A stretch of DNA of 64,000 nt from an uncultured delta proteobacterium (lineage in GTDB: Bacteria; Myxococcota_A; Polyangia; Polyangiales; B10-G4), in contig CAVSGI010000021.1 in assembly GCA_963727445.1 (NCBI GenBank), forward strand, positions 384,001 to 448,000, given 5' to 3'. The notes beneath the pieces were generated by a model. That model was not told the origin of the DNA, searched no databases, and saw only the letters and a program-made list of their open reading frames with translations. Made by a program: the position numbers and the translations under genes. Below are positions 1-9,772 of this stretch, piece by piece. Positions within the stretch are counted from its first letter, which is position 1. Each line of letters begins with the position of its first letter.

Positions 1-733
1 TCCGGTTGTAGATCTCCACGAACTCGTCGAGGGCGCCGCTCGGGCCACGCGTCGAGACCTCGCTGATCACCAGCGTGCCCGGGCAGGGCAGGGACTCGTC
101 CGTCATTCCGTCGCAGTCCTCGTCGCCGCCGCCGCACACCTCGGGGCCGGTGGTGCAGGCGTCGCCGGTGGCGTCCGGCATGCTCGAGTCCGTCGCCGAC
201 GAGTCCATCGTCGTCCCATCGGGCATCGAGGAGTCCATGGTGGTGGAGTCGAAGACCGAGGAGTCCATCATCGTCGACGAGTCCGTCGACGCGTCCATCC
301 CCGCGTCGGGCAGGACCACCACGTCGGTGCACATGCCGGCGACGCAGTCGATGCCGGGATCGCACTCCACACCGAGGCAGGCCGCCGTGAGGAGCAGGGC
401 CACGTGGTTGGTGGTCCCCGGCATGAAGCGGGCGACCACGGTTCGCCGCACCGCGAAGTCCCCACCCGAGAGCCCGGTGACGCTCACGCGCACCTCGGAG
501 GCGGTGCTCGCCGGTCCGGGCAGGATGGCGAGGGAGTGGGGCCACGGCTCGGAGATCGCGAACTCCTCGTCGATCCGATACCCGTCGGGTGTCAACGCTT
601 CGAAGCGGAGCGCGTCGATCTGGCCGGGCACCAGGAGATCCGGCGACGCCACGTCGACGATCAACGACGTCTTGTCGGTACAGCCCGTGAGCGAAGCAAA
701 GCCGAGCAGGAGCGCGAGCGCCGCCATCCGCAT
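1..733 (-). CDS. Lipoprotein: shared N-terminal module, Asp/Ser-rich linker, Cys-rich DEDCDG motif, lamin-tail (LTD)-like domain; runs off the window edge
   Basis: Manual translation from ATG 733: MRMAALALLLGFASLTG-C (lipobox) ... EVCGGGDEDCDGMTDE ... LVISEVSTRGPSGALDEFVEIYNR (LTD-like VISEV/DEFVEIYN). Not in the ORF track because it has no stop within the window. Confidence 0.75.
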   Translation of the reverse strand, partial: MRMAALALLLGFASLTGCTDKTSLIVDVASPDLLVPGQIDALRFEALTPDGYRIDEEFAISEPWPHSLAILPGPASTASEVRVSVTGLSGGDFAVRRTVVARFMPGTTNHVALLLTAACLGVECDPGIDCVAGMCTDVVVLPDAGMDASTDSSTMMDSSVFDSTTMDSSMPDGTTMDSSATDSSMPDATGDACTTGPEVCGGGDEDCDGMTDESLPCPGTLVISEVSTRGPSGALDEFVEIYNR

Positions 734-784
734 GCGCGTGAGAGTGACCCCAATCACCCGCACGAGCAACAGCCGCTCAGAGAC

Positions 785-2620
785 TCACTCGCTTCCCTCG
801 TCTGCCAGATCGAAGAAGACGCGCGTCTCCTCGTCTTCGCTGACGCGGACCGTGCGCTCGTGCGGGTTTCCGTCGCGGTCCTCGAGGCGGAGGCGTACCG
901 TGCCCGCGGCAACGGTGGTGCGCAGGGGCGTGGTGCCGAGGAGGCGTCCGCCGGCGTAGACCTTCGACCACGGCCGGGTGTTGATCGCGAGGGTCCCCTG
1001 GCCCGCGCTCGCCACCTCCTCCATCGTCGTCGTGTCCTCGCGGTCGCCGCCGCGGCGGCGCCTCAGGCGGGCCTCGACGGTGGCGGTCTCACCCGCGCGG
1101 ATCTCGATCTGCTCGCGATGGGTGCGATGGCCGTCGGCCCGGATCTGTAGCGCGTGCGTGCCGGCGCTCAGCCCCTCGATGTCCAGCGGCGTCTCGCCCT
1201 CCGCCGCCTCGCCGTCGATGGTGACGTGGGCGCCGGCGGGGCGAGAGGCGACGCGGAGGGCACCCGTCTGTGGCTCGCCCGCCGCCTCCGTCTCCGCCTC
1301 GGTCCCCGTCTGGGTCCCCGTCTGGGTCCCCGTCTGGGTCTCCGTCTGGGTCTCCGTCTGGGTCTCCGTCTGGGTCTCCCGCGGACTCGGGATGGTGATC
1401 ACTTCGGGCAGAGGCTCGGGCCGGGTGAAGACCCAGATCCCCCCTGCGGCGAGCGCCAGCGACAACAGGACCACCAGCGCGCCGAGGAAGGCGATGGGCA
1501 GGACGCTCTGGCGCGGCGGCTCCTGCTGCGGGGCCGCGCTGACGACCTCGTCCTCCTCGTCGAGCATGGTGCCGCCCCCGAAGGGCACGGGCTCCACGCT
1601 GGGGCCGGTCTGGATGTCGTCGGCGAAGAGCAGGCCCATCAGCTGCGACACGGTCGAGGCGTTGATCACCTGCCTCGTCTCGGCGAGCCAGCCTTCGAGC
1701 GCGCGCTGCAGTGCGCCCGCGCTCGGATATCGGTCGTCGGGCTCCTTCGCGAGGGCCGTCTTCAGGATCCGATCGAGCGCCTCGGGAACATCCGGGTTCT
1801 TCTCGCGCGCGGAGGGCACCGGCGCTTCGATGATGGCGCGGAACGTCTCGTACTCGGTGTTGCGCTTGTAGAGGTTGCGCGCGGTGAGCGCTTCGTAGAG
1901 GCAGATGCCGAGCGCGAAGACGTCCGAGCGCCCGTCGATCGCCTCGCCGCGGCACTGCTCTGGGCTCATGTAGGCGAACTTGCCCTTCACCTGACCGTCG
2001 GAGGTCTTCGCGAGGTGACTCGCGGCCTTGGCGATGCCGAAGTCGAGGAGCTTCACGACGCCCGAGAAGCTCACCATGATGTTCTGCGGGCTCACGTCAC
2101 GATGGATGACGTTCAGAGGCTGGCCGTTGTCGTCGCGCGCGTTGTGCGCGTAATCGAGGGCCTCTGCGGTGGTCGCGATGATGCGCGCGCTGATCCCCGG
2201 CGGGACGGCGCCGTACTGCTTGCGCGCGGTCTTGATCAGACGGCCCAAGGGCACGCCGTCGATCCACTCCATCGCGATGAAGTAGTTCCCCTTGTGCTGG
2301 CCGAACTCGTAGATGTGACAGATGTTCGGATGGGTCAGCTTCATCGCGAGGCGCGCCTCGTCGAGGAACATCTGAACGAAGCGCTCGTCGTCCGAGACGT
2401 GCGGGAGCACACGCTTGATCACCAGCGTTCGCGAGGCCCCCGCCTGAGCCCGCTGGCGCGCGAGGAAGATCTCGGCCATGCCGCCGAGGGCGATGCGCCC
2501 CAGGATCTGATAGCGCCCGAAGGTTCCGACCGGGGCGATCCGGAGCAGCCCGGACCGATCCGACGACGGGCTTCCGCCGGCGGGAGGCGGGACGGAGCCG
2601 CTGTCGGGACGTGCGGTCAT
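785..2620 (-). CDS. Membrane Ser/Thr protein kinase with C-terminal PEGA domains
   Basis: IALGGMAEIF, VIKR, HRDVSPQN, DFGIAK, YMSPEQ; TM segment; PEGA-like VASRPAGAHVTIDG...GETPL and INTRPWSKVY...GTTPL. Confidence 0.93.
   Translation of the reverse strand: MTARPDSGSVPPPAGGSPSSDRSGLLRIAPVGTFGRYQILGRIALGGMAEIFLARQRAQAGASRTLVIKRVLPHVSDDERFVQMFLDEARLAMKLTHPNICHIYEFGQHKGNYFIAMEWIDGVPLGRLIKTARKQYGAVPPGISARIIATTAEALDYAHNARDDNGQPLNVIHRDVSPQNIMVSFSGVVKLLDFGIAKAASHLAKTSDGQVKGKFAYMSPEQCRGEAIDGRSDVFALGICLYEALTARNLYKRNTEYETFRAIIEAPVPSAREKNPDVPEALDRILKTALAKEPDDRYPSAGALQRALEGWLAETRQVINASTVSQLMGLLFADDIQTGPSVEPVPFGGGTMLDEEDEVVSAAPQQEPPRQSVLPIAFLGALVVLLSLALAAGGIWVFTRPEPLPEVITIPSPRETQTETQTETQTETQTGTQTGTQTGTEAETEAAGEPQTGALRVASRPAGAHVTIDGEAAEGETPLDIEGLSAGTHALQIRADGHRTHREQIEIRAGETATVEARLRRRRGGDREDTTTMEEVASAGQGTLAINTRPWSKVYAGGRLLGTTPLRTTVAAGTVRLRLEDRDGNPHERTVRVSEDEETRVFFDLADEGSE
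1301..1379. repeat. 12-bp tandem repeat (about 6.5 copies) encoding the (E/G)TQT linker of the kinase
   Basis: Unit CCGTCTGGGTC[C/T] read directly from the sequence. Confidence 0.9.
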
Positions 2621-2646
2621 GGCGCGCCCGCAGTATAACGCGCGCG

Positions 2647-3570
2647 ATGAGCCGGACGAGAGCGCGTGGAGCAGGGCGTATTCTGGCGTACAGCCTCTGC
2701 GCAGGCGCTTTTCACCTCCTCGTCACCACGGCCGCCCTGGCGCAGGCCGATCCCGAGGAGAACCTCGCCGAGGTGCGGGAGATGATCCTCTATGCCCGCT
2801 ACGACGAAGCGATCGCCGCGGCCGAGGCGTTGGCCGGAGCGAGTGGGCTCACCGCTCGCCAGATCAACGCCGCGCTCGAGCTCCTGGCGACGGCGCGCGT
2901 CGCCACCGGGGACGACGCCGGCGCCCAGCGAGCGCTGGCCCGTCTCTACGCGCGAGACCCCCAGCACCGTCTGAGCGATCCCGATCCCAGCCCTCACGTC
3001 GCGTCGGCCTTCGCTCGCGCCCGCGAGGCTGCGCCCGAGCCGGTGGCGGTGACCCTCGACTGGGGCCTGCGCCCGACGGAGCGACGAGAGGCGCCGGGCG
3101 TCGCCGTGCGCATCACCGAAGGCGCCGATGCGGTGCAGGAGGTGCGCCTCTCCTATCGCCAGGGAGACGACACGAGCTTCAACCGCATCGAGATGACGCG
3201 TGAGGAGTCGGGCGTCTACAAGGCACGCATTCCGCTGCTCTCGGCCACCGGTGATGCCTACGACGTGTCCTTCTACGTGGAAGCATTCGCGCCTTCGCGC
3301 GCGCCCCTGGCGCGCCTCGGGAGCGACGCGAGCCCACTCTCGCTGACGGTTCCGGCCGCGCACGAGGGCACGAGCGTCGTCTCCTCGGGGGACGCGGACG
3401 GGACCGCGAACGACGAAGAAGGCGGCGGCGTCGCGACCAAGTGGTGGTTTTGGACCCTCCTGGTGGCCGTGGTCGCCGGCGGTGTGACAGCGGCGATTCT
3501 GCTCGGTCCGGCGAGCGAAGGGCCGGAAACGGGAAGCCTCGGCAGCGCGACGCTCGGGCTGAGCTTCTGA
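2647..3570 (+). CDS. Secreted TPR-like helical protein with Ig-like middle domain and C-terminal WWFWT membrane anchor
   Basis: Signal peptide ending ALA-Q; helical YDEAIAAAE...LLATARVATGDDAGAQRAL; C-terminal KWWFWTLLVAVVAGGVTAAILL; TATAAC lies 7 nt before ATG 2647. Confidence 0.7.
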   Translation: MSRTRARGAGRILAYSLCAGAFHLLVTTAALAQADPEENLAEVREMILYARYDEAIAAAEALAGASGLTARQINAALELLATARVATGDDAGAQRALARLYARDPQHRLSDPDPSPHVASAFARAREAAPEPVAVTLDWGLRPTERREAPGVAVRITEGADAVQEVRLSYRQGDDTSFNRIEMTREESGVYKARIPLLSATGDAYDVSFYVEAFAPSRAPLARLGSDASPLSLTVPAAHEGTSVVSSGDADGTANDEEGGGVATKWWFWTLLVAVVAGGVTAAILLGPASEGPETGSLGSATLGLSF

Positions 3571-3603
3571 CTGACGCCCACCCGGGTTACCCTGACGTGG
3601 CAG

Positions 3604-5014
3604 GTGCAGGCCCAAGAGGCACAGGAAGAGAGCGACGAGGATTTCCGCGCGGGTGACGTGATCGCCGGCCGCTTCGAGATCGTTCGAACGCTCGGTCGCG
3701 GCGGCATGGCGACGGTGTACGAGGCGCTCCACAAGGTGACGCGCCGTCCGGTGGCCCTGAAGGTCGCCAATCAGAAGCTGGTGAACAATCAGCTCCTCTC
3801 TCAGCGCTTCCTTCGTGAGGCGCAGACCGCCAGCACCATTCGGCACGACCACGCCATCGAGGTGTCGGACGTCTTCGAGACCGACGGACGTCCGGTGATG
3901 GTGATGGAGCTCCTGAAGGGGCGCGACCTCGCGCGCTTCCTCGCCGACGGTCAGAAGGTGAGCCCGTCGCTGCTGGCGGAGATCTTCGTGCCTGTGCTGT
4001 CGGCGCTCGCCCACGCCCACGCCGAGGGGATCATCCACCGCGACATGAAGCCGGACAACATCTTCCTGCTCGAGAAGGGCGGCAAGGTCTTCCCCAAGGT
4101 TCTCGACTTCGGAATCGCGAAGGTGGTGGGCGAGGCGGTGGACTCGGATTCTCAAGCTCACGAGCACCGGGATGCTCCTCGGCACGCCCTTCTACATGTC
4201 GCCGGAGCAGGTCTCGGGGCGCGAGGATCTCGATCACCTCGCCGACATCTGGTCGGTCGGGGTGTGCATGTACGAGGCGCTCACCGGCGAGCTGCCCTTT
4301 CAGGGATCGAACTTCGGTCAGGTCTTCGCCGCCATCCTCCAGGCCGATCCCCCGCAGATGAAGGCGAGCGTGCCGCAGGAGCTCGAGGCGATCGTCCGGC
4401 GCTGTTTGGCGAAGCGGCCCGAAGACCGGCCCCAGGACTGCGGCGAGCTCGCGGAAGCGCTTCGCGCCTACGGCGGCACCGACGCGGGCAAGTACCCGGC
4501 GCCCGCGACCTCCAGCGGACGCTTCCACGTGGTGCGCCCGGACGAGGTGGCCGCGAGCGTGGCGCCGACGCTGGCGGAAGAAGATGGCGCTGCGACGGGC
4601 TTCGATGACCAGACGGTGAACCTGCGCCGCCAGGGCCTCGGCGCGGCGACCTATCTGCTGATCGGTGTCGTAGCTGCGATCGGTCTGACCATCGTGCTCG
4701 CCGTGTGGCTGTCGCAGAGTGAGGTGGAGTCACCTTCCGTCGGCGGCGATCGGGAGCCTGTCATCGAAACCGAGCCCGCGCCTTCGCCCGACCCCACGTC
4801 GGCGGGGGTGACTGCCGCCGCGGCTCCGGAGCCGGAGCCGGAGGCGATCGAAGAGCCGCCGGCGGCTCTGGAGGAAGAGACGGGAGCGACGGCCGAGACC
4901 GGTGCGATGCGGTCGATGCGACGCGGCCGGCGCGGGCGAATGGGCGCGCGGGGCGACAGGACCGAACAATCGGCGATGGGCACGCCGATGTCCGGTATCA
5001 TCGACCAGCTTTGA
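3604..5014 (+). CDS. Membrane Ser/Thr protein kinase (one frameshift near 4150)
   Basis: LGRGGMATVY, VALK, HRDMKPDN, DFGIAK in the 3604 frame; an extra base at about 4150 precedes LKLTSTGMLLGTPFYMSPEQ in the 4172 frame, followed by a TM helix. Confidence 0.88.
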
Positions 5015-5950
5015 GCCTCTTCCGCTCCTTCCTCCTCGTCCTCGCCCTCGTGTCCGTGGTGGCCTCACCCGCGCTGGCGCAGCAGCGGGAGGCGAGCGAC
5101 CCGCGCGCACGCGCGCAGCCGATCTTCAACAGCGGCCTCGAGCTGGTGGAGCAGCAGCGCTGGTCCGAGGCCCTCGACCGCTTCGTCTCCGCCTACGAGA
5201 TTCTACGCGTCTCCCACCATCGCCTTCAACATCGCCTACTGCCAGCGCGCCCTCGGGCGCTACGTCGAGGCGCTCGATACCTTCGAGGCGTTCCTCGGGA
5301 GCGAGCTCTCGGGGCAGGCGGCGTCGCGAGAGGCGGAAGCGCGGGGGTACGTGCGCGAGCTCGAGGCCCGCCTGGTCACCCTGGAGATCGAGGTGCCCGC
5401 TTCCGAGCGCGAGGGGCTCGAGCTCCTGGTCGACGGTCGGGCGGTCGAGCCCGCGGCCCAGATCTCCATGCGCCTCGACCCGGGGCCGCACACGGTGCAC
5501 GCGCGCCGCGAGGGCTATCAGCCGCTCTTCGTCGATCGCGAGATGTCACCCGGCGACCGCGAGCACGTCGAGGTGAGGCTCGCCGAGCGCCCGGCGCGAC
5601 TGACCGTGGCGGCGAACGTCGACGATGCCGAGGTGCTCCTCGATGGCGCCGCCATCGGCGTCGTGCCCTTCGACTCCGAGATCGCGCCCGGCCGTCACGA
5701 GATCGTGGTCCAGAGCGAAGACTTCGTCCCGCATCGCACGGTGCTCGACGTGGCCTCGGGGGACACCGCCCGCGTCGAAGCGGATCTCGAGGAGGAGCCC
5801 ACGCCGATCTACGCGCGTTGGTGGTTCTGGACGGGGATCGCGGCGGTGGTCGCCGGCGCGGTCATCGCGACCTGGGCGCTCACGCGTCCCGAGCCGGAGC
5901 CGCCACCCTACGATGGCGGCAATCTGGACTGGGTCGTCGGCCAGCCCTGA
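5011..5950 (+). CDS. Secreted TPR + PEGA domain protein with C-terminal WWFWT anchor (one frameshift near 5210)
   Basis: Signal peptide; TPR FNSGLELVEQQRWSEALDRF continues after the shift as PTIAFNIAYCQRALGRYVEA; PEGA-like repeats; ARWWFWTGIAAVVAGAVIATW. Confidence 0.8.
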
Positions 5951-5957
5951 GTCGCCC

Positions 5958-7271
5958 TCAGCCATCGCGCGCGCAGCGAAAGCCGATCAGCTTGCTCACG
6001 CCTTCGAAGAAGAACTGACGGTTGGGCACCATGGGCCGGTAGGCGGCGCCGGGATCGTTCGTCGCCCGCCAATAGCCACCGCGCGCCGAGCGTCCGTGGG
6101 TGAGGTCGTCGGCGGTGGTCTGGCAGAGCGGGCTGATCCCGTAGTTGCCGGGAAGCCAGCACCGCTCGATGTACGTCTGGAAGTCGTCCGCCATCCACTC
6201 GACGAGGTTCCATCCCAGGTCGTGCACGCCGAGCGCCACGTCGAAGTCGCGCACGCCGACCGGTCCGGGGCCCTCGGTCACCACGGTTTCTTCGGTGAGG
6301 AGGTCGCCCCAGGGGTACAGGCTCTCCTCGGGACCGTTGCCCGCGACCCACTCGAATTCCGCCTCGGTCGGCAGGCGCTTTTCGTCGAAGGCGCAGAGCT
6401 CTTCGCCCAGATAGGGACGCAGGCAGTTGAGTGGAAAGGCATCCATGGATGCGTCCATGGGATCCGCGGGGAGGGTGCACGCGGGATCGGAGGTGGCAGG
6501 GGTTCCGGGCGGCGGGCCGGTGGGCACGAAACCGCGCGCGACGGCGTCGCGGTAGCGCGCGACCGTGTACTCGTGACGATCCATGAAGAAGGAGCGGACG
6601 CTCACCAGATGCTCGGGCACCCCGTCGAAGCCCGCGCCGAGGCCCTGGCGGCGCACGTCTCCCATCCAGTAGGTGCCGCCGGTCACGCAAACCTCTGAGT
6701 CGAAGAGGCCGCTGTCGTCGGCCGGGGCGCCTTCGCAGGGATCGCTCACCTCCGTTCGGAAGGTCCCCACGCGGCTCGGCGCATCGGGATCGCGCTCCGG
6801 CGCATCGCGGATGGGGGCCAGCGCGCCGCCCACGCAAGAAGTGTCCTCGGTCGCAGGGATGCCCGCGCATGCACCTTCGAGAAAGATCTCTTCCGCCAGG
6901 ACGCCGTCGCCGAAGGTGAGCGTGAAGATCCCCTCGATCGCGCTCTCGGGCAGGGCGCGCCCCGCCGAGATCCGGCCGATGGGAAAGAGCGTCGCGCGCA
7001 CGCGTCGCTCGCTCCCGTCGAGCGGCGCCTCGACGCCGAAAGACAGGGGCCAGTCGTCTGCCGAGGAGATCGCGACCTCGCGGGAGCATCCGTCGCAGGC
7101 CGGCTGCCACGCGCCATCCACCTCCGCGAGGACATCGACCCGCACCCGCTCGGCGAGCACGGGCGAGTCGAGATCGGTGTCGATGAAGACCAGCGCCTGC
7201 GGGCGCGGTGGCGCGACCTGATCGCAACCGGCGACGAGGACCAAGAGTGCGAGCGCGTGCTGCGCCTTCAC
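5958..7271 (-). CDS. Lipoprotein with FGE-sulfatase (SUMF1/EgtB/PvdO, CLec-fold) domain
   Basis: GTG start overlapping the upstream stop; lipobox LVAG-C; GGTYWMG, MDRHEYTV, RLPTEAEFEW, HDLGWNLVEW, RGG, IGFRCA. Confidence 0.88.
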   Translation of the reverse strand: MKAQHALALLVLVAGCDQVAPPRPQALVFIDTDLDSPVLAERVRVDVLAEVDGAWQPACDGCSREVAISSADDWPLSFGVEAPLDGSERRVRATLFPIGRISAGRALPESAIEGIFTLTFGDGVLAEEIFLEGACAGIPATEDTSCVGGALAPIRDAPERDPDAPSRVGTFRTEVSDPCEGAPADDSGLFDSEVCVTGGTYWMGDVRRQGLGAGFDGVPEHLVSVRSFFMDRHEYTVARYRDAVARGFVPTGPPPGTPATSDPACTLPADPMDASMDAFPLNCLRPYLGEELCAFDEKRLPTEAEFEWVAGNGPEESLYPWGDLLTEETVVTEGPGPVGVRDFDVALGVHDLGWNLVEWMADDFQTYIERCWLPGNYGISPLCQTTADDLTHGRSARGGYWRATNDPGAAYRPMVPNRQFFFEGVSKLIGFRCARDG

Positions 7272-8734
7272 GGTGCTGCCCTCACGCAGCGAAAACCGTT
7301 GGCGAAGCCCTCGAAGGGCGCGCCGGGAGTGCCGATGGCGCTGTCGTGGGGGCTGCCCTTGCGAAGCGAGACCGGCAGCGAGCCCAACACGCCCGACCAG
7401 ATCCCGCCCTTCACGATGTAGGTGGTGGTGGTGCCGGTGTCGCAGACCGGGTCCACCAGGAACGGCGCCTGCCAGCACTCGTCGGTGAGCGGGACGAAGG
7501 AGTCCCGCGTCCACTCCTGCAGGTTGCCTTCGAGATCCATGATGCCCTGTGCGTTCGAGTCCGTGGCCATGCTGCCTACGGGCTGGGGGCCCTCTCCGAG
7601 GGCTGCGCACTGCCCCGTCCCACCGAGGGTGGCGAGGTAGGCCACGCCGAAGCGATCGGAGAGGGAGCGACCGATACGCGCGAAGACGGCGTCGTCACAG
7701 GTGGGCGGTCGATCGCCCCACACGTAGATGGTCTCGCGACCGCCGCTGGTCGCGGCGTACTCCCACTGGGCTTCGCTCGGCAGGGAGCGGCCCCCGTCGA
7801 ATCGACAGAAAGCCTCGGCGGCCTCCTTGCTGATGCAGTTCATGGGGAGCTCGTCCGTGGAGCCGTCGGTAGTGAAGTGGCAGAGGTCGATCTGGGAGCG
7901 GGTCACCCATTCACCGGCGGGGAACTCGAAGCCGCGATCCATCGCGTCCCGAACGCGCCTGACGGTGACTTCGTAGCGGTCCATGTAGAAAGGGGACAGC
8001 CGCACCAGGCGTTCGGGAATCGACGCCCAGCTCACCCCCACGCTGGCGTTCACGCCGAGCCGGCCGTCGCCGAGGAAGAAGATGCCGCCGCGGATGCAGG
8101 CCTCCTCATCGTGGAGGCCCGAGTCGGGGCGGGGCTCACCGCTGCACGGCCTGTCCTGGGCGGTGTCCCAGGTCCCCGCGCGGGGCGGTGCGTCGGGATC
8201 GGGGGGACCGTCCAGGGTGCTGATGCCGACGTCGGGCGCCGCTGGCGGCTCGAGCCCGCTCGCGACACAGGTGCGCATCGCCTCGAGGTCCGCGGTGAAG
8301 CCCATGCAGTCGCCGTGAAGGATGACCAGGCTCTGCCGCACGCCGCTGTCGGGCACGGCGATCGACACCAGGCGATCGACGACGAAGGCCGGGAGCGGAT
8401 CGTCGGGTGCGAGGTCGGCCGTGAGCTCCGACGGATTGCGCCCGGCGATGTGGGAGGCCTCGTAGACCCTCAGGCGCATGAGCGTGGGGGCGCCGTCGCT
8501 TCGAGCGGCCACGCCCAAAGAGACCGGCCAGTCGTCGGTGTTGGGGCGGACGTAGGTGCGCGAGTCCGACACGCTTCCGTCGGGTTCGAGGACCTCGATG
8601 CGCAGGGTGTCGGCGAGGGAGGGGACGGGAACGTCGGTGTCGACCCAGAGCAGCACCTGCGCGCGCGGGTCGACGTCGGCGGCGCATCCCGCCACCACGA
8701 GCAGCCCGAGCACCATCGCGAGAGCGCGCTTCAC
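7268..8734 (-). CDS. Lipoprotein with FGE-sulfatase (SUMF1/EgtB/PvdO, CLec-fold) domain
   Basis: Lipobox VVAG-C; MDRYEVTV, LPSEAQWEYAA, DLEGNLQEW, KGG, NGFRCV. Confidence 0.9.
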   Translation of the reverse strand: MKRALAMVLGLLVVAGCAADVDPRAQVLLWVDTDVPVPSLADTLRIEVLEPDGSVSDSRTYVRPNTDDWPVSLGVAARSDGAPTLMRLRVYEASHIAGRNPSELTADLAPDDPLPAFVVDRLVSIAVPDSGVRQSLVILHGDCMGFTADLEAMRTCVASGLEPPAAPDVGISTLDGPPDPDAPPRAGTWDTAQDRPCSGEPRPDSGLHDEEACIRGGIFFLGDGRLGVNASVGVSWASIPERLVRLSPFYMDRYEVTVRRVRDAMDRGFEFPAGEWVTRSQIDLCHFTTDGSTDELPMNCISKEAAEAFCRFDGGRSLPSEAQWEYAATSGGRETIYVWGDRPPTCDDAVFARIGRSLSDRFGVAYLATLGGTGQCAALGEGPQPVGSMATDSNAQGIMDLEGNLQEWTRDSFVPLTDECWQAPFLVDPVCDTGTTTTYIVKGGIWSGVLGSLPVSLRKGSPHDSAIGTPGAPFEGFANGFRCVRAAP

Positions 8735-8743
8735 CCGCTCATT

Positions 8744-9754
8744 CTACACGCGCCCTCGCAGCGGTCGCCTGCGCCGGCGCGAGCGCGACAGCAAGAAGAG
8801 GAGCGAGAGCGGCGCGGCCGGATCGGGAGCGCCCCTTCGTGCGGTGTCGCAGGTACATCCACCACCGCCCCTGAAGGTCGAATCGCCGGGACCCGTCGCC
8901 GATCCGTCGGGCCGGCCGCCGCCGGTGTCGGGTGCCGCATCCGACGCGCCCCCGTCGTAAGGACCGGCGTCCGCCACCGTCGTGCTCGACCAGCCGCAAT
9001 CCTCCGGTACTGCGCCAAGGCAGATCTCGTCGAAGCGCACCGAGCTCGTGCCGCCGACGCCGCCCGCGCCGCCCACGACGAGCTCATGCAGGGGGCTCAC
9101 GTGGCTCCCGCCGACCAACCAGAGCGCAGAAGCAAAGCGTGTAGTCATGGGCACGCCGTCGATACGGATCTCGCATTCTTCGAGCGCCCCGTCTCCTCCC
9201 GTCCCGGTCATCGCGATGGAGGCCTCGACCAGGTGTGCGGCGTCGTCCGGCACGATCGGAGCCCGGCAGGGGAGCGACTCCACCACGTCCTCGGCACTCT
9301 CGAGCTGCCATGCGAGCTCCGGGCCCTCCTCGTTGTGGTATTCGAGGAGGATGTCCGCTTCGCCAGTGCGCGTGTAGACGCGCACCAGCTCGACGAAGGT
9401 GCGCGGCGGGTCGGGTGAACCGACGAAGTCCGGACTGAGCTGGACGTAGAACGAGACCGCCAGACGTTCGGGATCGGGAACCCATGGAACGGGCTCGGGA
9501 TGGAGGCGGTACTCCGAGCCGGCGTAGGGATAGGAGACGTCGAGACACGCGCCCGCGCCCACACCGCAGTCCGGGGCGATGGTCAGATCTGCGCTGCTCA
9601 GCTCGACACTGGTCTCGCCGCAGAGGCCATCCGCCAGGCAGGCCGCCGTCCAGGTCTCGAAATCGATCCGCCGCTGGGCGGTGGCGAGGGACGGCAGCGC
9701 GCCGATCGACACGACGACGAGGAACGAAGCGCCAGCCACCTGCATGAGACCCAT
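8744..9754 (-). CDS. Secreted protein with possible ConA/LamG-like beta-sandwich and MYXO-CTERM-like sorting tail
   Basis: Signal peptide; C-terminus GGGGCTC...LSLLFLL-SRSRRRRR (Cys, hydrophobic segment, Arg cluster). Confidence 0.7.
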   Translation of the reverse strand: MGLMQVAGASFLVVVSIGALPSLATAQRRIDFETWTAACLADGLCGETSVELSSADLTIAPDCGVGAGACLDVSYPYAGSEYRLHPEPVPWVPDPERLAVSFYVQLSPDFVGSPDPPRTFVELVRVYTRTGEADILLEYHNEEGPELAWQLESAEDVVESLPCRAPIVPDDAAHLVEASIAMTGTGGDGALEECEIRIDGVPMTTRFASALWLVGGSHVSPLHELVVGGAGGVGGTSSVRFDEICLGAVPEDCGWSSTTVADAGPYDGGASDAAPDTGGGRPDGSATGPGDSTFRGGGGCTCDTARRGAPDPAAPLSLLFLLSRSRRRRRPLRGRV

Positions 9755-9772
9755 TCCCGAGGGGTTCCGGGC

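Noticed and set aside
5958..8734. Diversity-generating retroelement
   Set aside because: CLec-fold targets are present, but no reverse transcriptase or template repeat is visible in the window; trans action cannot be excluded.
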